Source: a virus. From it: 47,566 bases of DNA. Shown here piece by piece: positions 23,702-33,058 of the stretch; within the stretch, counting starts at the first letter, position 1, and each line of letters begins with the position of its first letter. The notes beneath the pieces were generated by a model. It was given only the letters and a program-made list of their open reading frames with translations. It was not told where the DNA came from and did no database searches. The position numbers and the translations under genes are program-made. Where the stretch lies: positions 1 to 47,566 of the IMG/VR virus record IMGVR_UViG_3300002098_000055; one strand, given 5' to 3'.

Positions 23702-23887
23702 ATGAGAGATGCGGCTAAGTGGTTTAATGATTTCAGTTGGTTAATGTCTGGCGGGGCGAAACAGATAGACAAATGGGCAAAAGAAGGCGTACTTGAAGAA
23801 AAAATAAAAGAACAAGAAAAGATAAACGCTGCAACAAATGGTTTTGGTCTTTTCATGAAAGAAGTTATAAACAAAAACATTGACTAA
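23702..23887 (+). CDS. Hypothetical protein (61 aa from the internal ATG; ORF-track start 23576)
   Basis: The longer version would overlap two better-coupled ORFs. Confidence 0.45.
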   Translation: MRDAAKWFNDFSWLMSGGAKQIDKWAKEGVLEEKIKEQEKINAATNGFGLFMKEVINKNID

Positions 23888-23901
23888 CCAGTGGGGATGA
23901 A

Positions 23902-24120
23902 ATGCCAAAATTATTAACGTACATCGTAGTTAAACAGCAAGTAGAATCGTTCAGACACTTAGGTTTTATGACATCGCTACAGATACAGGGGTATCACGAA
24001 GCGTTCGCGCCTAAAATTCATTTGCGAAAAGGTGCAGAAGATTATTATTTTTCTGACCCTGATTGGAACGTAGTAGTCGCTCAACTCGCCAGGCTGTACT
24101 TAAATTTGATAAACAGTTAA
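23902..24120 (+). CDS. Hypothetical protein (72 aa), last gene of the plus arm
   Basis: Taken from the ORF track. A GGGGA RBS precedes it. Confidence 0.55.
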   Translation: MPKLLTYIVVKQQVESFRHLGFMTSLQIQGYHEAFAPKIHLRKGAEDYYFSDPDWNVVVAQLARLYLNLINS

Positions 24121-24290
24121 TTATCGTCTATGAAATTATCGGGAGTATCTTCGTAATTAAAACACACAGTATTGTCTATTTGCTCGCTTATGTGCGTTAA
24201 TTGTTTTTGCAAGTGTTTATGATGCATTAACGTTACGGCATGGGCGGCAATAGAAACAGCTAACAGAAGAATAACAAAATAATCTTTCAT
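24117..24290 (-). CDS. Small protein with N-terminal hydrophobic segment (57 aa), lysis-cassette candidate
   Basis: Manual translation gives MKDYFVILLLAVSIAAHAV.... It is ATGA-coupled to the upstream 45-aa ORF. Confidence 0.4.
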   Translation of the reverse strand: MKDYFVILLLAVSIAAHAVTLMHHKHLQKQLTHISEQIDNTVCFNYEDTPDNFIDDN

Positions 24291-24424
24291 TTTTTACGAC
24301 TACGACCCCACACTATTAACGCAATTAAAACAGCTAGGCACAATAACTCTGCACCCGTGTTTCCCGGTTTCAGCAAGTCTCCAATAATTGAGGGTATAAG
24401 CTCGACCGCAACGTCATCAATCAT
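24287..24424 (-). CDS. Small single-pass membrane protein (45 aa), holin-like candidate
   Basis: Manual translation shows a TM segment AELLCLAVLIALIVWG followed by RSRKK. It lies downstream of the endolysin. Confidence 0.4.
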   Translation of the reverse strand: MIDDVAVELIPSIIGDLLKPGNTGAELLCLAVLIALIVWGRSRKK

Positions 24425-24445
24425 AAAAACCCCCTGCTATTAAGA

Positions 24446-24463
24446 GCGCGGTCGGGACCGCGC
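24446..24463. other. GC-rich hairpin GCGCGGT-CGGG-ACCGCGC between the endolysin and the small membrane genes
   Basis: An inverted repeat is visible. No clean U-tract follows it, so its role as a terminator is uncertain. Confidence 0.3.
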
Positions 24464-24502
24464 AATGCTCGGAAATGGAGTGAACCGCGCTTGTATAGTA
24501 TG

Positions 24503-24988
24503 TCACAATAACGCGCGTTTAATCCAACCCTTTAGGTACTTTTCTTGCGACGGTTTTTTAAAAACTAACGCTAAATAGTACCGGCACGTCGCAACTCTAA
24601 ACGTGTCGTGCAAGCGTATCGTTCTAATATTATTAATCGCTTGCAGTGTACGTGTGCCTATGTCGCCGTCAACGTCAACACTAAAAATTATAGGCACAAA
24701 TGTATTCAAACATTCTTGGACCATTCGGGCTGCTGTTACTTGACCTGCGTGCACCGCAAACCTGAAAATTAAATTAGCGGTCGTTTGGTCTTGCACTAAC
24801 GAGAGCTTTAACGGATTCCAAAAATCCCGTGTATAAATTTCAATCGCCCGCTCAACCGTTAAGTTTTTTATGTCCTCACCTGGATACGACCTCTTTGAAA
24901 TCCCGTATTTCGTCTCCCGCCCCGCATCATCTGGGTCGTTAGAATAACCGCCCTCTATTTCAATAATTTCCTTATCAAATACGGCCAT
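24503..24988 (-). CDS. Endolysin, glycoside hydrolase family 108-like with C-terminal peptidoglycan-binding region
   Basis: The N-terminal motif EIEGGYSNDPDDAGRETKYGI matches the GH108 signature EGGY.N.P.D.GG.T..GI. Confidence 0.8.
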   Translation of the reverse strand: MAVFDKEIIEIEGGYSNDPDDAGRETKYGISKRSYPGEDIKNLTVERAIEIYTRDFWNPLKLSLVQDQTTANLIFRFAVHAGQVTAARMVQECLNTFVPIIFSVDVDGDIGTRTLQAINNIRTIRLHDTFRVATCRYYLALVFKKPSQEKYLKGWIKRALL

Positions 24989-24997
24989 GGCTCATCC

Positions 24998-26086
24998 TCA
25001 ATATTTAATATACGCCCACAAATTAACCGAGGGCTGAATGACATTAAACGCTGTTTGTGTCCCGAATCCCGAAATCCCACCCGATGCACGAGTTTGTAAA
25101 GAGTACCCCGCCGCTCCGTTAATGACTCCCGTTGTTGGACTGGAGTATACTAACTGATTTGAAACATCGTGAGTGTGATTGTATAACTCGGACGCCGCCA
25201 TCAGGTGCGTTTCTTCGCCGCCCGATTGACCGAGATAGCCGCCCAGTGTGGTAGTGCCAGTTGTTCCGTTTGCGCCAACGGGGACATTGCGACTAAGGTT
25301 TGGTAAATTAAAAAGCGTTGAGCCGTTACCGTTACCCCAAACATAAAACACCATGGAACCCGTACCGCCCGCCGTTGCCGCCGCGCTCATCTGTACAGTT
25401 GTGCTTGTTAAAATTGTAGTGATATACGTCCCGGCGGGTATTCCTGCGCCTTCGATTTTTGCGTTAGGCCCAGCGGATAAATTAGCCGTACTAGTGACCG
25501 TGAGCGTTGTCGAACTGTTGGTAGTCGACGCTGTTTGTGTGACTGTTAGTGCATCATATAAAGCCGCATATGTTGTACGAGATATCGCTGTTCCGTCGCA
25601 TTTTAGCGAGCCGGTTAATCCGTTAGGGCCAGCAAACCACTGTACCGTTCCAACTTGCACCATACTCTGGCTTACAGGTATCCAATTACCATCCGCGCCG
25701 GGTACTGATGTGTTAGACGCTACTTGGCTTTCCCAGAGCAAATACACACCTGAATATGCACCGGATGCGGGGGAATAAAAAACCCGAGCGTAAAGGGGAT
25801 AGCTAGCTGGGCCACCCACAGGTGGAGAACCTGTTGCGGGCGCTACCCAAGGGGACGCGCCGTACGTTTGCAGGTTTTGCAAAGCGGTTGTTATGTCAAG
25901 CATCAATTGATTAAATTGTCCACGGGGTATGGGTAGCGCAGGAGCACCGCCGGATAAATCCAGCTCATAGTTTGACGTAAAACCATACGGGTAATTAACC
26001 GTACCCGTTGAGCTGCCCGTGTTGCTAATCGGTGTGACGGTTCCCGATTCAGCAAACGGGTATAAAAAATAAGGGTTCGCTGCCAT
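24998..26086 (-). CDS. Tail fibre protein with tail-collar domain interrupted by an inserted module
   Basis: Collar motifs are WFAGPNGLTGSLKCDGTAISRTTYAALYDAL and STLFNLPNLSRNVPVG ... GGEETHLMAASELYNHTH. Confidence 0.8.
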   Translation of the reverse strand: MAANPYFLYPFAESGTVTPISNTGSSTGTVNYPYGFTSNYELDLSGGAPALPIPRGQFNQLMLDITTALQNLQTYGASPWVAPATGSPPVGGPASYPLYARVFYSPASGAYSGVYLLWESQVASNTSVPGADGNWIPVSQSMVQVGTVQWFAGPNGLTGSLKCDGTAISRTTYAALYDALTVTQTASTTNSSTTLTVTSTANLSAGPNAKIEGAGIPAGTYITTILTSTTVQMSAAATAGGTGSMVFYVWGNGNGSTLFNLPNLSRNVPVGANGTTGTTTLGGYLGQSGGEETHLMAASELYNHTHDVSNQLVYSSPTTGVINGAAGYSLQTRASGGISGFGTQTAFNVIQPSVNLWAYIKY

Positions 26087-26096
26087 TTAATGCTCC

Positions 26097-26753
26097 TTAA
26101 ACTATCTCAACACCCACCGGGCGCGGTAGTAATTTTAAATCTGTAATCACACCTAACAACGCCGCCGGAAAATCAGCGGTCGTGAAAGTGTACGAAACCG
26201 TCATATCTAAATTATCAACTATATAAATCGCGCCGGTAAACCCAATGTTACTGGTCGCGCATAAGTGATTTAAAAACGCGTTAATATCGATAATATCGCC
26301 AAGATTACATAAATCAAAATACGCAAGACGTAGGACAAACTGTTGCTCAGCTAGCGTTAGAACATACGCCGCGCCGTCGGTAGAAAAGTTACCGCTCCCG
26401 GGGTTAGCTATTATCGTATCGCCAAAGTTTTTATATGTGTTTATTAACGTTGGAGGCGTTGTATATGCATTAAAACCCCACAACGGTTTACCTGACGCGT
26501 CGCCCCCGAGCGGTATGTAGAGCGGAATATCTAAGATAATGCACCAAACACATATCCCAAACAGGGCTATGTCAGCCGATGTTAAATCAAAAATCCCAGT
26601 CGTGTATCCGTTCCAAAACTCTATAAAATTAACATCAAGCCAGCTCTGCTTAGCCTGTATCAAGCCCGAAATATTCGGGGAGTTCTGGTACTGCCACAGT
26701 ATCGCGGGCAGTACGTTCATTTCCTCGGGATATGTAAATTGCTCTATTTGCAT
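26097..26753 (-). CDS. DUF2612-like baseplate/fibre-associated protein
   Basis: The N-terminus is LPAILWQYQNSPNISGLIQ. It lies directly after baseplate J. Confidence 0.55.
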   Translation of the reverse strand: MQIEQFTYPEEMNVLPAILWQYQNSPNISGLIQAKQSWLDVNFIEFWNGYTTGIFDLTSADIALFGICVWCIILDIPLYIPLGGDASGKPLWGFNAYTTPPTLINTYKNFGDTIIANPGSGNFSTDGAAYVLTLAEQQFVLRLAYFDLCNLGDIIDINAFLNHLCATSNIGFTGAIYIVDNLDMTVSYTFTTADFPAALLGVITDLKLLPRPVGVEIV

Positions 26754-26755
26754 AA

Positions 26756-28651
26756 TTACACCAAGTTCACGATGATATTATTAGCCGTTATTGTGGCTAT
26801 CTGATACGGCGCTATGGCAATCTCAGTAGGCAATGTTGGGGATGTTGAGCCTGTTGATATATACAAACTCTGCACGTATATACCCGGATACTGACTAGTA
26901 ACAGCCCCCGCAAGCTCAAACGCCGAAACGTTTTGACCGACCGTAAGCCCTGCGATACCACTAATTCCGCCAGTTGCATACGCTACAATTGCATCTTGTA
27001 CCGCTGTGACTGCATCTTGTACCGCGCCCAAGAGCTTGATATTTACTAGCACGTTTATAGTAACCGACGCTGCGATGTCATATAACACTGTCATTAGCTG
27101 GCCACTGTAGGGGACATCCACAATTGTGCTTATTGGCGTACCTGCAAAAAACGTTAAACTTTGCGCACCAGACGCCGTGGCGGCTATAGTCATAGTTATG
27201 CTTGTAGAGCTAGGCTTTGTTGCAACTCGCGCCCCTGCGGCAATACCTGTGCCTTTAATCAATGCGCCAACGGAAAATACTGAAGTGTCCGTTAATCCAG
27301 TCACAGTGATAGAGCTAGCGGTAAGTGTGCCTGTTTGTACAATTTCCCCGTTGCTAAACGCACAGCCCGCGCTCTTTTTAGCGACCATCGCTTGTGCAAC
27401 GTTTGACGGTAAACCCAAGGCGGCTGTGATTGTATTATTAACTGTATCCCACCCGGAAACGGGGGTGACGATTACAGTTAGTGAGTTAACGGGCACGGGT
27501 ATCGGCCCGGTTTGGAGGGCTTGAAATAATACGGGGTCTAGCGTGCCGCTTGCAGGGATTAAAACATCGCCAAGCGTTTGGAACACATATCCATTTGATG
27601 ATGCTTGCGAACCGCCCGGCACTACGATACAAAACGATAAACTTTCTGCACCGGATGCCGTGGCGGCTATTGTCATAGTTATGCTCGTAGAGCTGGGCTT
27701 TGTTGCAACCCTCGTACCGAGCGCAATACCTGTGCCTTGGATGCCAGCGCCCACCGCAAACAACGTGGTGTCAGTTAGCCCCGTCACAGTGACAGAGTTT
27801 GCCGTAAGTGTGCCTGTTTGCACGACTGCCGGAGTCCCTGTAATTACTGCTGCCACTTCTGAAGTAGTGCCTTGGTCTGCAACAACTGAATCGTTAACGC
27901 AAACATAAACTGATTTTGCAACCATTGACACGCCGTCAATTGTCTGCGTTGTGTTTGCAATGTTTTCAAGCAAAGTCACACTAGACGCGCTTGTAGTGCG
28001 TAAAATTTCCGCTGTAATCGCTTGAGCTGTTGACGCCCCTTGAGTCGCCAGTGTATTTAATCTGTATTGACGAGCGTCTAAATCTGATTGCAACGTCCGG
28101 CCAACGGTCGCCGCTGCGGAATTAGTTACAGTTGTCCACCCCAGCACCGCGGTTACAATATCAGTGAGGGCGTTAACGGCGCACGGAATCGGGCCGTAAA
28201 CCACTGAGTTAAACTGCACCCCCGTTGCAACGCCGTTTGCCGGTATCGTGAGCTGTGTTAGCGTGTAAAACTGGTTTAAATCACCTGAGCCGGTTTCAGC
28301 CACAATCGAGCCTGCCGGGATTACAGTCCCCGGCGTGCCGGTAATCGTTGCATACACTACAGATTGCAGAGCGGGCAAACGACCATAAGGGTTTGTTAAA
28401 GACATAATTGCATCAAGAAACACCCCGCCCGCAAGGTTAGGGTTTATCTGATTCGCTAGTTGCGCGTTATTATCAGCGAGCGCAATACGCGCCTGTACTT
28501 CGGCTGATATAAGCATACCTTGAGGTGTGTTAGGTGTGACTATTAAATCCGCACCAAACACGCCCCGATATTCTGCTTCGACATCCGCTTGTATTGCTGC
28601 CGCGTCTACTGTGATAACGCCCGTCTCATCGATGTAATTATATACTGCCAC
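26756..28651 (-). CDS. Baseplate J-like wedge protein with internal duplication
   Basis: Baseplate_J-type segments (ATITGTPGTVIPAGSIV ... GPIPCAVNALTDIVTAVLGW) occur twice. Each is followed by the ~60-aa inserted module. Confidence 0.8.
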   Translation of the reverse strand: MAVYNYIDETGVITVDAAAIQADVEAEYRGVFGADLIVTPNTPQGMLISAEVQARIALADNNAQLANQINPNLAGGVFLDAIMSLTNPYGRLPALQSVVYATITGTPGTVIPAGSIVAETGSGDLNQFYTLTQLTIPANGVATGVQFNSVVYGPIPCAVNALTDIVTAVLGWTTVTNSAAATVGRTLQSDLDARQYRLNTLATQGASTAQAITAEILRTTSASSVTLLENIANTTQTIDGVSMVAKSVYVCVNDSVVADQGTTSEVAAVITGTPAVVQTGTLTANSVTVTGLTDTTLFAVGAGIQGTGIALGTRVATKPSSTSITMTIAATASGAESLSFCIVVPGGSQASSNGYVFQTLGDVLIPASGTLDPVLFQALQTGPIPVPVNSLTVIVTPVSGWDTVNNTITAALGLPSNVAQAMVAKKSAGCAFSNGEIVQTGTLTASSITVTGLTDTSVFSVGALIKGTGIAAGARVATKPSSTSITMTIAATASGAQSLTFFAGTPISTIVDVPYSGQLMTVLYDIAASVTINVLVNIKLLGAVQDAVTAVQDAIVAYATGGISGIAGLTVGQNVSAFELAGAVTSQYPGIYVQSLYISTGSTSPTLPTEIAIAPYQIATITANNIIVNLV

Positions 28652-29018
28652 GTATAGCCCCCGTTCCCGCGTTAGTGCGTATGTTCGCAGTGTAAAAAAA
28701 TGTATTACCGCTTTGTGTAGTTACTAGAGATAGTACTTCAAGTACCCCATTAACCGCTAGCCACGCTGATGTTAGCGCGGCGTTAAATGCATCGACTAAC
28801 GGCACGCCGATAAACAGCGTTGTAAAATACGGTATGCCTTGCTGTGTGTTTAAAACAATCTCACCCAGTCGCGTTTTAGCCGTTTGTGCGCAGTTTTCGA
28901 GTATCGCTTGTAGACCAGTGCTTAAACTGATGTTGCCTAAGTTATCGAGATAAATATCGTTATATGCAACCCCCGGTTGTGTGCCGTTTATATTCGCCGA
29001 GATAGTTAAAGAAGGCAT
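28638..29018 (-). CDS. Baseplate wedge protein (gp25/W-like)
   Basis: Size and position between the spike and J fit. The pattern LQAILENCAQTAKTRLGEIVLNTQQGIP is of the W type. Confidence 0.5.
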   Translation of the reverse strand: MPSLTISANINGTQPGVAYNDIYLDNLGNISLSTGLQAILENCAQTAKTRLGEIVLNTQQGIPYFTTLFIGVPLVDAFNAALTSAWLAVNGVLEVLSLVTTQSGNTFFYTANIRTNAGTGAIRGSI

Positions 29019-29025
29019 ATCGTCC

Positions 29026-29613
29026 TCACGGTATGTTAACTGCGTGTATGGTTCCGGTTGCTAAGATGCTACCGTTAATATTCATCACAGTTAAAGGGTT
29101 GCTCATGTCAATACTGATAGCCGTTTGACTTATAGATATAGTCACAGTTCCGCTATCGTTTTGCAAAACAGCATTTGACGCGTCAGCACTAGCTATCGTG
29201 TCCAAACCTGTCATTGTGTCCGGGAAAAATACTCCGTCTGAAAACTGTTTAACCCGTGCAGTATTGGGGGCGCATTGCGAGTAACTAGATAGGAAATTGC
29301 TGATATCCCTATCATTAGCTAACACCCATCCCATGTTGCCCGCAACCAATGGAAAACTTAAACGAAATCCTCCGCCCCCATACACAAAGACTGGGATTGC
29401 GGCCAGCTGGGGGCGGGAGTATTGCGCCCCATCTGTGCCTACAATATCGATTAATAGCTGTACACTAGCGCGATTTGTGTCTCTATCGTAACTTAAAACT
29501 TTAGCGGGTAACATGCCGTTAACATTCTGTAGCATCTTATTGTATGCAAACGTTACAGCTCCCGCGAGCGTGTCATTATTGGCTGGGTCTAACGACGGGT
29601 TGTTATTTGCCAT
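29026..29613 (-). CDS. Baseplate spike/V-like protein (Gp138 N-terminal domain-like)
   Basis: LPAKVLSYDRDTNRASVQLLI is typical of the Gp138_N OB-fold start. The internal ATG at 29613 avoids a 74-nt overlap. Confidence 0.6.
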   Translation of the reverse strand: MANNNPSLDPANNDTLAGAVTFAYNKMLQNVNGMLPAKVLSYDRDTNRASVQLLIDIVGTDGAQYSRPQLAAIPVFVYGGGGFRLSFPLVAGNMGWVLANDRDISNFLSSYSQCAPNTARVKQFSDGVFFPDTMTGLDTIASADASNAVLQNDSGTVTISISQTAISIDMSNPLTVMNINGSILATGTIHAVNIP

Positions 29614-30472
29614 TGGACGAAATCCTCGCAGCTTCAGCAACGTAATAAAACGGCACGTCGCGGCTTGCAACATCAAAATTTAATTTATATATCACATAAT
29701 TCCCGTTTGCCGCTGGGTATTGAACGCTATTAATCTGTAACCCTGCGCCCAACCGTGTTTGATTATCTAGCAACATCTTAACTTTAATGCCTTGCTCTGT
29801 AAATTCCGGTATCCCAATCATGCCGGTTTCCGCTGATAAAACGCGCGTTATGCCGCGTAAGGGAGCCATGGCGTTTTTAACGATAAGTGTATTATCATCA
29901 ATGTAAGCGTTAATCCCGCCTATCCCGTTAAGTACCTCGACTTGATTTAGCGCCCCACCTCCGAAACTGTAGTTTCCTATGTTTTGGTTTGTCGCTTGGA
30001 AATTTAAAATCGTTTGTGTGTCTTGAGATATGCCTTGGCTAACAGACTCTAGCGACGCAATGCCGCCGTAATTCCGAGTTATGATATTACCTTTTAAGAA
30101 ATTACCTGTAAGACAACTCAACGTTATAGACACATCAGGAGGCTGGGATACTACGGCTTTTGTGACATTGCCCCTGTATATTGCGGTCACCCCAGTAGAC
30201 ACGCGGCCCGCTTCTACAATAACAATTTTAGGCGTGCGGTTTAAATTATACGGGGAAACCTCAGTCAATATAAAATCTTGTGTGTCTTTATCTATATTAG
30301 ATATAGTCACAGTACATTCGTTCTGCAAAGCGTTGGCATATTTAGTACCCGTCGCGCGTAGGTTCATTGGCGATGCATACGTTTTTAATTTGCCGTTAAC
30401 GCCAATGCTTATTTTAATTATTCGGGGGTCAAGTTCTTGCGCCACTGAGAACCCCTTGAATGTAATCTGCAA
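29603..30472 (-). CDS. Baseplate hub-like protein (289 aa)
   Basis: Assigned by position between the tape measure and the spike. No firm motif. Confidence 0.4.
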   Translation of the reverse strand: MQITFKGFSVAQELDPRIIKISIGVNGKLKTYASPMNLRATGTKYANALQNECTVTISNIDKDTQDFILTEVSPYNLNRTPKIVIVEAGRVSTGVTAIYRGNVTKAVVSQPPDVSITLSCLTGNFLKGNIITRNYGGIASLESVSQGISQDTQTILNFQATNQNIGNYSFGGGALNQVEVLNGIGGINAYIDDNTLIVKNAMAPLRGITRVLSAETGMIGIPEFTEQGIKVKMLLDNQTRLGAGLQINSVQYPAANGNYVIYKLNFDVASRDVPFYYVAEAARISSNGK

Positions 30473-30791
30473 ACGACAAACCCGCTAGGTCGGCGGGGTA
30501 TGCATACACAAAAACTAAATCTTTGTTGAACCTGTCCCAAAATGGGTATTCTTCTTGTGAATCGTTCGAACCAATAAAAGTAAAATTACCAAGTGCGGTT
30601 TCGAGATACGCGTAAGGCAGTATAGGAAACCCATTCACTGCGCGTTGCCCTGAGATTAACACGACGTTATTAGCGACAATTGATACGGCCATGATTCCGT
30701 TACAGTCTTGTAACTGTACGTCAAAAGCGTTTACGCCTAGTTGTAATGATAGCGTTTGATTTGGGATTGCCTGTAGGGGTATTATTTCCAT
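30429..30791 (-). CDS. Tail/baseplate assembly protein (120 aa), function unknown
   Basis: ORF within the tail module. Confidence 0.5.
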   Translation of the reverse strand: MEIIPLQAIPNQTLSLQLGVNAFDVQLQDCNGIMAVSIVANNVVLISGQRAVNGFPILPYAYLETALGNFTFIGSNDSQEEYPFWDRFNKDLVFVYAYPADLAGLSFADYIQGVLSGART

Positions 30792-30793
30792 GA

Positions 30794-31357
30794 CTACCTC
30801 GCCATTTTCTGTAACAGGCCATACCCGATGGACGTTTGCGGGCCACTCGCAGCTGTTGTGTTTTGCGTTCCGCGGTCTACGGTATTAGAGTTTTTAGCTT
30901 TTTGAGGTGTTGTTGTGTACTGAGCCGTGACCATGATTACTTCTTTAAGACTGAGCGCAAGTGTTATTGTGTTTGCAATTGTCGTATCTTCTTCGTGCGG
31001 CATTTCTTGGATTAACTGGTTTTGATATGTTCCTGAGCGCGTTTGTACTATTAATAACGTGCCGTTTAAATACAACTGCTTAACCTCGTCGTATGTGTCT
31101 TTATACGTTGCTGGCGTTAGTATCATAGACAACTGGATTTCAACGGGTAAAACGACGCGATGGTCTGTAACCACCGCCCCGTCTTCAATCGGATGCTCCA
31201 TTAATTTTGAAGCTTCTTTTACCACGGCTTTTATAGGTCTTGCGTTCCTAAAAACTTGGTCGTATTCCTGAGAGTACACAGCAACTTTATCGTTGTTGTA
31301 CAGCGACGGGATAAACTGACTTAAAAGGTTTGCTACGTTTCCCGCGCTAATTCCCAT
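30794..31357 (-). CDS. Tail/baseplate assembly protein (187 aa), function unknown
   Basis: The ORF overlaps the tape-measure stop by 1 nt. Confidence 0.5.
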   Translation of the reverse strand: MGISAGNVANLLSQFIPSLYNNDKVAVYSQEYDQVFRNARPIKAVVKEASKLMEHPIEDGAVVTDHRVVLPVEIQLSMILTPATYKDTYDEVKQLYLNGTLLIVQTRSGTYQNQLIQEMPHEEDTTIANTITLALSLKEVIMVTAQYTTTPQKAKNSNTVDRGTQNTTAASGPQTSIGYGLLQKMAR

Positions 31358-32538
31358 TATTTATGTACCCCGTTGTCAACTTGACTTATCAATTGGCTAA
31401 TAGCAAGTTTATCGATAAAAGCACTAACAACCCCGTGGCCGTCTGTTGCTGCGGTGTTAACAGTCACATCGCCTATATTCACAGTTACAGGCCCGGGGCC
31501 GTTTCGAGCAAACGAATTTTGCGTTAAAGGCTGACCTGCTAAACCGCCGATAATTGCTTTGTCAAAAATGCTAGAGCCTTCGCCCCCGTACCCCAATAAT
31601 TTAACGGCTTTAGCCCCTAGTTTTAAAGGAAGTTCTTCTATCACTCCTAAAAGACTGGGATTTCCGGCCTTGTAGTTTCTTGCTTCGTCTTTAGAAAAAG
31701 CGCGTATCCCGGAGATAGCGGTCAAAGCCCCTACGGCAATAGCCAGGGTCGGGTTTAAACGGATTAAAGCTAACGATAAAACCCCTACTCCGGCGGCCAT
31801 GGTCACAAATGCATCTTTCACAAAATCTTTATGATTTATGGACCAATTTAAAGCTTTTGTGAACGAAGGGAGTATTGGGGTAACTAATTCTTTATAGAAA
31901 TTTTGGTATGCTCGCGTTGCGTCGTATAGCGCAGCATCAAATTTTCTTGTGGTTTCGGCTTGTTCTCTAGTCACAGTTCCAAGTTGCTTTTGTTGTGTGA
32001 TTGTCGCTTCTACTTCGCGCCGCCCCTGTTGCAAAAACAAAATAGTAGACTGGTCTAACCCAAGAGATTTGCCGTAATTCTTAGCCTGTAGCGGATTTAA
32101 TTTATTAAACGTCTCTGCTAGTTTTGGTAAAGCTTTTAAAGCAATATCGTTAGTTGTTCCAAAATGTGACGCAAGCGAACTTAACGACGATTGAAAACCC
32201 GACGCGCTCCCGCCTATCCGTTCAACAGCGGAACCCCACGCGTCAAGCGCAGATACATCGACGTTTAACTCACGCGCGGCTTTTCCTACTTCTCTAATGC
32301 TCGCAATAGCGCCAGAGGCCCCGCTTAACAAGGCGTGGAACGAAGCAAACCCTGCAAATAAACCGACTGCGGATTTTAAAACGTTATCAAACGAATGTTG
32401 TACCGTATCGCCCGCACGTCCTAACTTTTCAAACTCATTCTCTAGGCTTTTAACTTGCGACTTTGTATCGTCCAGACCTTTTTTTAATTGATCCGTTTCG
32501 AGTTTAACTAAAATATATAGAGATTCTAATACGCTCAT
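31357..32538 (-). CDS. Tape measure protein (393 aa)
   Basis: It follows the chaperone pair. The N-terminus is coiled-coil and Gly/Ala-rich hydrophobic segments are present. Confidence 0.7.
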   Translation of the reverse strand: MSVLESLYILVKLETDQLKKGLDDTKSQVKSLENEFEKLGRAGDTVQHSFDNVLKSAVGLFAGFASFHALLSGASGAIASIREVGKAARELNVDVSALDAWGSAVERIGGSASGFQSSLSSLASHFGTTNDIALKALPKLAETFNKLNPLQAKNYGKSLGLDQSTILFLQQGRREVEATITQQKQLGTVTREQAETTRKFDAALYDATRAYQNFYKELVTPILPSFTKALNWSINHKDFVKDAFVTMAAGVGVLSLALIRLNPTLAIAVGALTAISGIRAFSKDEARNYKAGNPSLLGVIEELPLKLGAKAVKLLGYGGEGSSIFDKAIIGGLAGQPLTQNSFARNGPGPVTVNIGDVTVNTAATDGHGVVSAFIDKLAISQLISQVDNGVHK

Positions 32539-33058
32539 TTTTTAGTTGATTCCATCGCCAAGAATTCGTTATATTTTTTAACCGCTATCACTTCCCACAT
32601 TATATACGCGTCTTCGACGCTATATACCGTTTTTAATTCGTTGAGGGTTGCGAGTCGCTCGACGAGGATAATTGCGAGAATGCTTGTAACGTTTTTGCAA
32701 GTAACTCCGGCAGCTTGTTCGTTGTCAACCCACTTAGTAAACCGGACAGGCCGCCATCTGCTAAAAAACTTGTGTTGTACTCAACCATTGATTTAAATAG
32801 TTTTAGAGTCGTTTCCCAGTCTTTAACGTGATTGTTAATTAACTCAGGCGATATTAATTTAATAGGCGGGCCGGATTTAACAGGCACAGAAACGTAGCTT
32901 AAAACCTCCGCTAAGCTCTCTTTATACACTTCAAAATCGCCAAGCTTTGGCAGCATGGAAACGGGTAACTTGCTCATGAGCACCGTGCCTTCCCATGCTG
33001 GGAATTTTGATAACGTGTAAGTTTTACCGCCTAACTCTATATCTTTTGTCTCTAACAT
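32535..33058 (-). CDS. Predicted -1 frameshift extension product of the tail assembly chaperone (~173 aa)
   Basis: T_TTT_TTA sits in frame at 32768-32762. The -1 frame is open from there to the TGA at 32537-32535, which overlaps the tape-measure ATG. Confidence 0.45.
32633..33058 (-). CDS. Tail assembly chaperone (141 aa, frame-0 product)
   Basis: It lies between the tube and the tape measure and contains a slippery heptamer. Confidence 0.65.
   Translation of the reverse strand: MLETKDIELGGKTYTLSKFPAWEGTVLMSKLPVSMLPKLGDFEVYKESLAEVLSYVSVPVKSGPPIKLISPELINNHVKDWETTLKLFKSMVEYNTSFLADGGLSGLLSGLTTNKLPELLAKTLQAFSQLSSSSDSQPSTN

Noticed and set aside
27146-27823. Possible diversity-generating retroelement (template/variable repeat pair) in baseplate J
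   Set aside because: No reverse transcriptase gene exists anywhere in the genome. The differences between the two copies are a mix of transitions and transversions rather than adenine-specific. Both copies are in-frame parts of one protein.
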